Assembly: GCA_044224515.1 (NCBI GenBank)
Contig: JBGAKH010000014.1
Location: 12,722-76,721 of the forward strand
DNA: 64,000 nt
DNA from: Chlorobiota bacterium
GTDB lineage: Bacteria; Bacteroidota; Ignavibacteria; Kapaibacteriales; NICIL-2
Direction: 5' to 3'
Shown here: in pieces, positions 1 to 9,100 of the stretch
How the letters are laid out: the number at the start of each line of letters is the position of its first letter
Numbering within the stretch: position 1 is the first letter of the stretch
The notes under the pieces: generated by a model
Seen by the model: the letters and a program-made list of their open reading frames with translations, nothing else
Databases searched by the model: none
Told to the model about the DNA's origin: nothing
Program-made: the position numbers and the translations under genes

Positions 1-421
1 AGGCACTCTCAAAGAAGGTTAATATCAAACAGACTAAGCAGCTTAGTCCGGTGAAGATGCTAAAAGTGTTGAGCACAACCATGAGAACAAACATGGTCAA
101 TGCCAGAATCAAACCTATTGCCCAGGCAAATTTCTTCTGTGCTGCGCCTACGTACTCGGGGTTCTGATTGCTGACGATTATGCGCCCAACAATGAGTAGC
201 GGCGCAAACTTCGGACTATAGAACAATCGCACTGCAAAATCGACAAGGAACACGATGATAACGTACTTAATAGGAACAAAATTCTGCTGATTGATGATCA
301 TCATGAGCGAGATAAACGTCGCCAAGAACATGATGCCGGCTGTTGCCCGTATTTCTCTTTCATTCACGACGGGAATTGTGTAACCCGGAACTGTTTCTCC
401 AAACTGCACGCTACTGAACAT
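1..421 (-). CDS. DUF4395-family membrane protein (3' end runs off the window)
   Basis: Not in the ORF track. Manual translation from ATG 421: MFSSVQFGETVPGYTIPVVNEREIRATAGIMF...NQNPEYVGAAQKKFAWAIG...CLVCLILTFFESA. The NERE.RA.AG, PEYVGA.QK.FAW and FFESA motifs are typical of DUF4395. Confidence 0.8.
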   Translation of the reverse strand, partial: MFSSVQFGETVPGYTIPVVNEREIRATAGIMFLATFISLMMIINQQNFVPIKYVIIVFLVDFAVRLFYSPKFAPLLIVGRIIVSNQNPEYVGAAQKKFAWAIGLILALTMFVLMVVLNTFSIFTGLSCLVCLILTFFESA

Positions 422-826
422 TGGTGTTTCCAAATTGTGGTAGATATATCGTTCGCAACGTTCGTATGCACGAAGTCCATTGTTCTAGACAATAGTCTTG
501 TCCACATATAGGTATAAGCTCGGCGTTGCGTAATGATCAAGATAACACCAACCGTAGAATGCTCGGGTATTTTCGCCGAACCGGCTGACACCTCATTTCA
601 TCTGCGATGATGTGCAACAAAAATCACGTGGCGAGAACTTCTATCCATAAAGATTCCGGAGCCACGCAAGAGCAGTCACTGCAGCGCCACGACGGTTGAG
701 CTGCACGCGCTAGCACGCGATGTCTGCCTAATGCTTGTAGATACGATCGTCTATGGCGGGATTCTTTTTGCATGGTGCGCAGCTACCGGACGTAGTCGTG
801 CCGAAAAGCGTTCTCTGCTCGCATGC

Positions 827-834
827 TAAGTTTG
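827..834 (+). promoter_or_regulatory. Candidate Bacteroidota-type -7 promoter element TAAGTTTG upstream of the GNAT gene
   Basis: Exact match to TAnnTTTG, 120 bp upstream of ATG 954. No clear -33 element. Confidence 0.3.
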
Positions 835-953
835 TATCAGCTTGAACTGGACATTATGGGTCATAGGAGTCGAGCTCTGCACCGGTGCAACGAGGTTAAG
901 AATACTCCTCGTGCCAGTACAAAGATGTGAATCAAGAGGAAGTAAACTGAGTT

Positions 954-1415
954 ATGCAGAATAGTGAGATTCGGACATTGGGTCCGCAAGACGGAGAAGT
1001 CTTTAAGCAGCTGTTGCGGGTTTTTGAGCGTGTGTTTGAGATGCAGGACTTTAGAGTGCCGGACGATGCACACTTGGCCGACGTGCTCCAACGAAATGAC
1101 TTCATTGTTCTCTGCGCATGTGATGGTGATCGTGTGATTGGCGGACTCACCGCCTATGTGCTGCACCAGTATTACTCCACTCGACCCTTGGTCTACATTT
1201 TTGACCTCGCGGTTCTCCCTGAGTATCAACGCCGGGGTATCGGCAGAGCCCTCATTACTGCTATCCGGACATTGAGCACAGCACGAGGCTATGAAGAAGT
1301 TTTCGTGCAGGCTGATGTGGCTGATACCTACGCACTGGATTTCTATCGCTCTACAAAGCCAACTGAAGAAGAAGAAGTGCGACACTTCTACTATACTCTG
1401 AACGCGAAGCGGTAG
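954..1415 (+). CDS. GNAT N-acetyltransferase, AAC(3)-I-like
   Basis: VIGGLTAYVL, YIFDLAV.PEYQRRGIGRALI (acetyl-CoA motif A) and VFVQAD..D..ALDFY resemble the aminoglycoside 3-N-acetyltransferase I family. Confidence 0.8.
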   Translation: MQNSEIRTLGPQDGEVFKQLLRVFERVFEMQDFRVPDDAHLADVLQRNDFIVLCACDGDRVIGGLTAYVLHQYYSTRPLVYIFDLAVLPEYQRRGIGRALITAIRTLSTARGYEEVFVQADVADTYALDFYRSTKPTEEEEVRHFYYTLNAKR

Positions 1416-1513
1416 GGTGAGGCTGACATTTGCGCCACAACCCAGGCTGAAAGCCTGGGTTGTGAAAAAGTGGCTCTGAGAAAAGTAAGAAGCACTGCTC
1501 TGTTTACCTAGCG

Positions 1514-2050
1514 TTAGTAGATACGCTTGACTTTGAAGCGACCATTTGTAACGGTGACTTTTTCGTTGGAAACGAAGAGTGTGAAGGTACCGGAGAATGT
1601 GCCTTCCACATCGGAACCTGCTGAGCCAAATTTTGTAATCGACATCGTTCCACTGGTGCAACCAAAAACATTAATGCCGTCGACGAAGCCACAGCTGGCG
1701 GTATCGTTTGATTCTTCATTGACCCATTGACGAGTACCGGTCTGCGTTCCGCGCCACCATGCACTAAAACCAATGTCCTTCGTGCCTTCCTTAGCGGAAA
1801 ACGCGATTTGTAATACTTGCTCATCGGTATCATAGACTGCTGTTCCGGATGTCATAGTCATGGTTTTATTGCTGAAGCTGCCACCATTGACAACGAAACT
1901 CACCTCGTATGCAGCGGGCGTCGGCGTTACAGGACTGTCCGATGAGCACGATGTCAAAAGTAGGAACAATGGGATACAAGCACTAAGTAGTGTGCGGTGC
2001 ATTCTGCTGTGAATTGTGTTCGGTGTTATACTTGGAATCGTACTGTGCAT
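1514..2050 (-). CDS. Hypothetical lipoprotein
   Basis: Lipobox LLLLTS-C followed by an S/P/T linker and a beta-rich domain (GDVEGTFSGT-like ...VTVTNGRF). Start could be 2050 or 2002. Confidence 0.7.
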   Translation of the reverse strand: MHSTIPSITPNTIHSRMHRTLLSACIPLFLLLTSCSSDSPVTPTPAAYEVSFVVNGGSFSNKTMTMTSGTAVYDTDEQVLQIAFSAKEGTKDIGFSAWWRGTQTGTRQWVNEESNDTASCGFVDGINVFGCTSGTMSITKFGSAGSDVEGTFSGTFTLFVSNEKVTVTNGRFKVKRIY

Positions 2051-2179
2051 CGTATACCTCTGATTGGTGTGACAGTGGATGTATGAAAAGTATTGTATCA
2101 ACGTATGGGGTCTATCGAGACCTGCTCAAGTGCGCGCTTGCGATACGTTCTACTGCGAACATAGGGGGGATGTGTGCGG

Positions 2180-2208
2180 CAAATTCAGGACAAATTCATG
2201 CAAATCTT
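2180..2208 (+). promoter_or_regulatory. Three phased direct repeats CAAATTCA / CAAATTCA / CAAATCTT in a divergent intergenic region
   Basis: Copies start at 2180, 2191 and 2201 (10-11 bp period), between the divergent lipoprotein and 458-aa genes. Confidence 0.4.
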
Positions 2209-2356
2209 ACCTTGACGTCATGCTAGAATGTCGGAGCAATGCCTGTGCTTTCAAGGTTTTCGTATTACCTCAACACGGAGCGATTACACACGCATCGAAC
2301 GACCGCACAAAAAAGTTCATAGTCTTTGTGTGGTAGGGAGCTAGCTTCGTATTAGG

Positions 2357-3733
2357 ATGAAACAGATCAGTACCATACTCGAGAAACTGGAAGCACAGGA
2401 ACGTGAGTTGCTGCGACAGGATATGCTCGAGAAAAACACTGCGCCTTCGCGTTACCTCTTGGCACTGTTGGACGATGCGGAATGCACGGCGCAAGATTTT
2501 AGGCTGCGCGAGAAAATGAGCATCGGAAGTTTGCACAAAACAGTGTCGACAGCATTCGAAGTGCTAAGCGTTTGGATCAGCGAAAAAGTCGCTATGAATC
2601 TCTCGCCTGCGTCCGATATGCTCTGGTGGTTCTGCTCAAAAGGGCTCTACGCTGAAGGATGGAAGTACTATCTCAGGTGCGAGAAAAAACTTCAGAGTGC
2701 GAAAGACTATGCAGCGTTGCAATCGTTGTATACGGAGGCTATGCGACTGCAGATTTACATCGGAAATCTAGTCGCCATGGAGGAACTTCGTGAACTCGCT
2801 GTTCTCAATGCTGCACGCCTTGCCGAGTACACTGCCGTGCAGACTGCGTATAGTATTGAGATCGTGCGACTCGAGAATCCGCGCTTACAGACGTCACTCG
2901 CGTACGAAGAAAAGCTACGTGCTCTGGTGAAACAAGCACAGCGCGCAGAGCATCATAACTTGGTGTCGAACGCGTTGTATTGCCTCTTCGTCTACCACAC
3001 ACGACATGCCTTTTCAGTTGAAAAGACGATGGACGTAGTTGAAGAAATGAAGAAGACGCTTCGACGTTACGCACCTGTTCTCAGTCCCTACCGAAAAGCC
3101 GTACTTGCCAATAATATTGCCCAGTTCACTCTGCTCTATGATGTACCGCAGCGCCCGGAAGAGTTCGTAGAAATTGTCGAGCGAGGACTTCCCAATGAGT
3201 GGCAGAACATCGGGAAAATAGGAGTGTGTGGCTACTATATCGCAACACGACAACTCGACAAAGCGAAACGCCTGCGAAGTACGATCGATATGTCGAACAT
3301 CGCAATTGAGAAAGAGCTCGCCTCGGTTGCGAAACTCGACTTGTCACTGGCATGGGAAGATTTTAAAACACGAAAACTGGGAGTAGCCGAGTTTCGCCTG
3401 GCTCTGCAACACTTCTATGACTTGCCGGGCAGACGTGTGTATCGCGAACTCGACTTCATGGCGCGAACACTGGAAATACTCTTCCTCCTTCGATTGCAAG
3501 CCTTCGATACCGCAGTGTCGAAATGCGAAGCGCTGCGAAAGTTCTGCGAACGAGGCAACACTAATGAGTTTCAAGCATTCGACGCACTCGTGCAGCCCTA
3601 TCTCACCACAGCACACGCTTTGTCGCAAGGCAAGCAACCAAAACTCAGAAGTATCAAGAAACACACGGCTCGGTGGACGCGTTGGGCTTTGGAGGAACTG
3701 GAAAATGTGGTCAACGATCTGGCTAAGAGTTAG
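2357..3733 (+). CDS. Hypothetical all-helical protein; possible N-terminal HTH plus TPR-like region
   Basis: 458-aa ORF with no signal peptide and amphipathic helices throughout. TAQDFRLREKMSIGSLHKTVSTAFEVL resembles an HTH recognition helix. Confidence 0.7.
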   Translation: MKQISTILEKLEAQERELLRQDMLEKNTAPSRYLLALLDDAECTAQDFRLREKMSIGSLHKTVSTAFEVLSVWISEKVAMNLSPASDMLWWFCSKGLYAEGWKYYLRCEKKLQSAKDYAALQSLYTEAMRLQIYIGNLVAMEELRELAVLNAARLAEYTAVQTAYSIEIVRLENPRLQTSLAYEEKLRALVKQAQRAEHHNLVSNALYCLFVYHTRHAFSVEKTMDVVEEMKKTLRRYAPVLSPYRKAVLANNIAQFTLLYDVPQRPEEFVEIVERGLPNEWQNIGKIGVCGYYIATRQLDKAKRLRSTIDMSNIAIEKELASVAKLDLSLAWEDFKTRKLGVAEFRLALQHFYDLPGRRVYRELDFMARTLEILFLLRLQAFDTAVSKCEALRKFCERGNTNEFQAFDALVQPYLTTAHALSQGKQPKLRSIKKHTARWTRWALEELENVVNDLAKS

Positions 3734-3882
3734 GTCATGCAATGCATAGGGCTAAATAATGAAGTGACGGGAGTGACACCAAAGCTTTGCGCCGGAGTCT
3801 TTGGTAATTTGTGAGTGTAGTTTCGCTCTAGAGTCCGCGACGAAGACCTTCATCTCATTCTGTGTACGTATCTCTTAGACCC

Positions 3883-4626
3883 ATGGAATTCGATCCACAC
3901 AATCCCATCGTTAAGAAGTGTCTGATAGGCATTGCGCACAAAGACGCCGAGCGCATTGAGCTAGCGACGAGGGTGTTTGAGGATGCGTGGAATGAGAGCA
4001 GCAACGACTTCGAACGCTTCTTGACGGCGTTCTTTGTTGCCACGGTTCAGCAGCAGGCGCAGCAACAGTGCGACTGGTATGGACGTTCTCTGCAATACGC
4101 GCTGTCCGACGGAAGCGTTGCAGCACAAAGTGCCCTAGCACGCCTCCACACTGAGCTGGCTCGCGTTTATCGTGTTTTAGAGCGTCCGACAGATGCGCAG
4201 GAGCATCATGATCAAGCGAGCGCTGCGCGCTCGCTGTTTAACGATTCCGGACCATTTTATCACGGCACCAAAGCGCAGCTCAAGATCGGAGACCATCTTG
4301 TTGCAGGGATGAAATCCAACTATCAAGCCGAGCTCACCATGAACCATGTCTACTTCAGCGCTTCAGCAAATGGTGCAGGACTCGCCGCCGCTCTGTCGAC
4401 ACTCGAGGGTCCGGAGCGAGTGTATCTGGTTCAACCGACGGGCGAAGTTGAGGCGGATCCAAATGTGAGCGATAAGAAGTTTCCGGGCAACCTCACGCGC
4501 TCCTACCGTAGTGCGAAGCCGCTGCTCATTGTCGGAGAAGTCCACAACTGGAAAGCCATAAGTGCAGAGCAGCGTAGCGAATGGAATGAGAAGCTGAAGG
4601 GCAACAAAGGAGAAATCATCAATTGA
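3883..4626 (+). CDS. arr: NAD(+)-rifampin ADP-ribosyltransferase with an N-terminal TPR-like domain
   Basis: GPFYHGTKA.L..GD.L..G..SNY, MNHVYFS and VY.V.PTG..E.DPNV.DKKFPGN.TRSYRS are Arr signatures; about 120 aa of helical N-terminal extension. Confidence 0.9.
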   Translation: MEFDPHNPIVKKCLIGIAHKDAERIELATRVFEDAWNESSNDFERFLTAFFVATVQQQAQQQCDWYGRSLQYALSDGSVAAQSALARLHTELARVYRVLERPTDAQEHHDQASAARSLFNDSGPFYHGTKAQLKIGDHLVAGMKSNYQAELTMNHVYFSASANGAGLAAALSTLEGPERVYLVQPTGEVEADPNVSDKKFPGNLTRSYRSAKPLLIVGEVHNWKAISAEQRSEWNEKLKGNKGEIIN

Positions 4627-4720
4627 TCCTCATCGCACGGGAAGACCTGCGTGTCATTCGTCCTCGATCGAAGCCTTGTACCTTCTATACATCCGGTTCT
4701 GCCTCGTTGATCGGCACAGA

Positions 4721-5647
4721 TTAAGACTTTAAAGCCGGAACATCGGCGTGCTGGAAGAGGCTGATTACTCGCTTCAGTAGCTCTTGTTGAAAGAGTGAGC
4801 GATCAAAGCCCTCCGGATCCCTGCCGAGCGGACCTGTTCTTTGGAGCCACGCGCCATCCACACAGCTGAGGAAGGAGAAATGACCTGCGTTCGCGACAAG
4901 TTCCTGCTCTACACTTTTGCTGCACCCTTCCGTATTGACGAACGGAAGTGACTGAAGTGGGATATAGGGGTCCTGTGCACCATTCAAGAGAAGAAGATCG
5001 GCGTGTATGGTGCTCAGCGCGCCTGTGTGCTGAAACCAGGTGGGCACGAGGGCAAAGAGAGCAGCGGTGACAATTCGGGATTCAGCCGAGAGCTCGGGAT
5101 AGTCATAGCGTTCGGGATCTTCGTGAAACATTAAACCGTGGAGCTTTCGATGCTCATTGACGTCAAGAGCTTTCGCTCCACACAAGAGCATGCCGACGTT
5201 GGCTCCAATCGAGTGTCCAATATATCCTACGCGATGTGTTGCAATCTGTGCTGCAAAAAGAGGATGCGCTGCCACATGGTCGATGCAGAGACTGATGTGT
5301 CGAAGTCTGGACACAAATGTCTGTGCTTTACCTTCACCCGAGTTGTCACGTCTATTGTTGAAAGGATGCTCAGGCAGACAAACGCAATACCCTGTGGAAG
5401 CCAAGCCTGTAGCCAGCTGATGATGAGAAGCCGGACTACCCCCGGAGCCGTGCGAGATGATCACAAGATTGTGTCGGCCCGCTGCAAGTGCTGAGTCGAT
5501 AGAGCAGCGAAGCGAAAAAGGACCCATCTGTAGCAGTTGTTCATGTGTACTGTTGCTCTCATCTACCGGATAAAAGATCAGACATTCTATGTCGACATTT
5601 TCCATCGCGTCGTGCAGAACACTACGCGTCATCGCAACTCGAGCCAT
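4721..5647 (-). CDS. Alpha/beta hydrolase (dienelactone hydrolase / PAF-AH-like)
   Basis: ISHGSGGS, nucleophile elbow GHSIG, G..D and AGHFSFLS motifs. Start uncertain. Confidence 0.8.
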   Translation of the reverse strand: MARVAMTRSVLHDAMENVDIECLIFYPVDESNSTHEQLLQMGPFSLRCSIDSALAAGRHNLVIISHGSGGSPASHHQLATGLASTGYCVCLPEHPFNNRRDNSGEGKAQTFVSRLRHISLCIDHVAAHPLFAAQIATHRVGYIGHSIGANVGMLLCGAKALDVNEHRKLHGLMFHEDPERYDYPELSAESRIVTAALFALVPTWFQHTGALSTIHADLLLLNGAQDPYIPLQSLPFVNTEGCSKSVEQELVANAGHFSFLSCVDGAWLQRTGPLGRDPEGFDRSLFQQELLKRVISLFQHADVPALKS

Positions 5648-6051
5648 GCTGAAATCATTCCTAAAGGTGTCTGTATTTTCAAATCTACACTGCAGGAGCA
5701 CAGCGAGAAAAACTAGCGTTGTGATGAGGAGAACGAGAGAGTATGTCTAGCCTAAGGAGGGAGCTCAGAGAGAACTTCGTGAGTGCTCAATGAAAGTGCT
5801 GCTGCTGAGGAATGCATGCTACCCGCGGCGAGCCACGTATGCTGTATCCGAATAGACTTTGCGTACAGCCTACACCGGACACAGCTCGTGGCAGTTGCAA
5901 TTCGTGACCGTACAAAAATCAACTCCCTTGCTGCGCCTTAGCAGAGACCTTAGTAGTCGTATGCACCAAGCAAGTAGCTGCGCTACTTGTGGAAGTAATT
6001 GATGAACACCATTGGGGGTGACAAGTGGATCCGACACTCCGCTACCACAAC

Positions 6052-6080
6052 AAAAAAGGGTTCGAGCGGAGCTCGAACCC
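6052..6080 (-). terminator. Intrinsic terminator after the large T9SS protein gene
   Basis: Perfect 10-bp stem GGGTTCGAGC/GCTCGAACCC (6058-6080) followed on the minus strand by TTTTTT. Confidence 0.85.
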
Positions 6081-6108
6081 TAGAAAAAGCAAACTGTGAA
6101 TGAGCGGT

Positions 6109-9100
6109 CTAGCGAACAATCACAACCTGGGTACTAATGTGCGATGTTCCGCTCTCAACGTTGACGGTATAAGTGCCGTTCACGAGAGAGAGTGCGTTGA
6201 GATCGATGCTCAGTTCGGCGTCATCGGCGCGCAGGAACTTAGTGTACACTGTGGCTCCTAGCATGTCGACGATTCTCATGGTCTTTGGCGCTGCATCCAT
6301 TCCAACCAACATGACGTTGAGGTTGTTGGTAGCAGGGTTAGGCCATACGAAGAGACGTTCTGTATCATCGCTCTCCCATACACCATAGGGGATATCTTGA
6401 TCCTGACCAGCCACCTTTCCTGAACAACAATACGATGCTCCACCCAACCACACTTGATTAGTGTTGATGAGTGCTTGTAGAGCAGAGTACTGAATACAGG
6501 TTGGCGTGTGTGAGCTGTTGTTGCGATACCACACCCAAACCTTCGTGCTGCCGCACTTCCAGCTTTGCTTGATATCCGCATATGCAGGAGGATATTTACA
6601 ATCCGGTAGTCCGTCGTTATTGTTATCGACAGCATCGTTTCCGCCCGGTGCTTCATCGCAGGCATCCGGAACGCCATCGCAATCATCGTCGTTACCACTG
6701 CCCGGAGTAATGCGGATAATACAACTGCATGTTGAAGTGTTGCCTGCCGCATCGGTAGCCTTGAGGCCGATGGTGTAGAGTTGGCCCACATTGGAGCAAT
6801 CGAAGTTGCTTTGTCCGCTGATTATGCTCAAGCTTGGCGTGCCGCTGCAGTTATCGGTGACGTAGTACACCAGGGAGCTGGCCATCGCGTTCGTAAGCGT
6901 GAGAGTACCATTGGTGTTCAGTCCCACAGAGTACGCGCTGGAGTTGCTTGTGCCGCGACATGATATCGTCGGACGTGTTGTATCCTGTATGATAACCGTC
7001 TGGTTCTGTGTAGTCACGTTTCCGTTACCGTCGTTGTATGTCCAGACCAAAGTGTATGTCCCTTGGGTCGTGAATGAGGTTTGAGATGGAGAACCCGCAA
7101 CATTGCCCTTGCAATTGTCGGAAGCGCCGGGATAAGGATAACCGACAGTATAGCTACACTGTCGGTTGATCGTCGGCAACGAGCTCTGGTTCGGAACCGG
7201 TGCAGAGTTATCGACGACAACGACGGTTTGGTTTTGCGTGGTTGAGTTGCCGTGTCCGTCGGTGTAAACCCAAACGATGGTGTAGGTACCTGCTGTGGTA
7301 AACGATGTCGGGCTACTTGTGGTAGCACGGACGGAGGTGCCACTGTTGTTGCAGCCTCCACAGTTGTCTGTGGCATACGGACGATATCCTACATAAGCAG
7401 AACAGTTGCTCGTGATCGTAGGCAGAACCGCAACGTTTGGCGTCGGCGGAGTGTTGTCTTGTACCACCACGTTTTGCGTTTGGGTGCTGACATTGCCGCG
7501 TGCGTCTACGTAGCGCCATGTGATGACGTAACTACCTTGCGCGGTATAGCTCAAAGGACTGGTCGTTGTTGCTTGGATGAGTCCACTACAATTGTCCATG
7601 GCAGTTGGACGTGTCGTAATGGTCACAGCGCATTGTGCGCTGATGGTTGCCAGAGTTGTTTGAGTGGGAACAGGTGCAATGTTGTCATTGATAATCACAG
7701 CCTGTGTCTGTGTTGTACTGTTGCCGTGCCCATCATTGTACACCCACGTAATGGTGTATGAACCTTGGGTGTTGAAGCTCAGTGCGTTGCTCGTCGTAGC
7801 TTGAACCAATCCTGCACAATTGTCCATTGCTGTTGGTCGTGTCGTAACTGTCAGTGAACATTGTGCGCTCAGTGTTGGCAAAGCACTTAGAGTCGGTACC
7901 GGCGCAGTATTGTCGGTGATGATGACTGTCTGGTTTTGTGTGCTGTTGTTGCCATTGCCATCGCTGTAAACCCACATGATGGTGTGCGTGCCGAGTGTAC
8001 TAATGCTAAGCGGACTGGATGTAGTGGCAGTGACGAGTCCGCTGCACGCATCACTTGCTGTGGGAACCGTCGTAATCGTCACACCGCACTGAGCAGTGAT
8101 TGTCGGCAAAGAACTCAGAGTAGGCACCGGCGGAGTGTTGTCAACAACAGTAACGCTTTGATTCTGCGTACTGCTGTTGCCATTGCCGTCGGTATATGTC
8201 CAGTGAATAGTATAGTTTCCAATGGATGAGTACGAAAGCGGATCCGTGGTGCTGCCTTGAATGAGACCCGAACAGTTGTCGCTTGCAGTCGGAACGGTTG
8301 ATATAGTTGCCGAACAAGAAGCAACAACAGTCGACAATACGCTTGTCGAAGGTTGGGGGGCAATGGTATCCTGGACAATCACGATTTGATTCTGCGTTGA
8401 ACTGTTGCCTGTCGCGTCGCTGTAGTGCCACACAATGGTGTAGCTGCCTTGTGCTGCGTAGCTGAGTGGGTCGGTGGTAGTTCCATATACAACACCACCA
8501 CAGTTGTCACTTGCAATAGGAATGTTTTGCACGGTAGCAGAACATTGTGCAACAATAGTCGGCAACGATGAAAGATAGGGTGTAGGTGCTTGAGTATCGG
8601 CAACAACAACCTGTTGAGTTTGTGTGCTGCTGTTTGAATTTGCGTCCGTATACGTCCAGGTAATCGTGTAGGTGCCCGGCGCAAAGTAGCTCAATGCATC
8701 TGTGGTAACACCATTAATGACACCGCCACAATTGTCGGATGCTGTCGGCGCTGTCCTAGCGGTTACCCAGCATTGACCGCTGAGATCCGGCAGAGTTGTC
8801 AAAGTCGGCACAGGCGCAGTTGTATCAACAACGATGGTCACACTCGCGCTGGAGAAGCAATCAGCTTGGTCATACACATACAAAGTGTAGGTGCCATTGA
8901 GTGTAGCTTGCAAGGTCGGTGTGTTGCCGGTGATTGGTCCGCTCCACATGTAATACAAGGGAGCCACGAGGGACGATTGGTTTGCAACGATGGCACTGAG
9001 TTCTTGGGCTCCTTGGCATGCGCCACTGAGTTGAGACTGGGCAATGGAGACGTCGGGCAATGGCAAAACGGTGATGTCGAAAGTGCAGTGACGGTTGTTA

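Noticed and set aside
861-1661. 266-aa minus-strand ORF
   Set aside because: Antisense shadow of the GNAT gene that also overlaps the lipoprotein gene; no motifs.
954-5647. Integron cassette array or genomic island carrying resistance genes
   Set aside because: Genes are in mixed orientation, and I saw no attC-like repeats, integrase, tRNA or flanking direct repeats.
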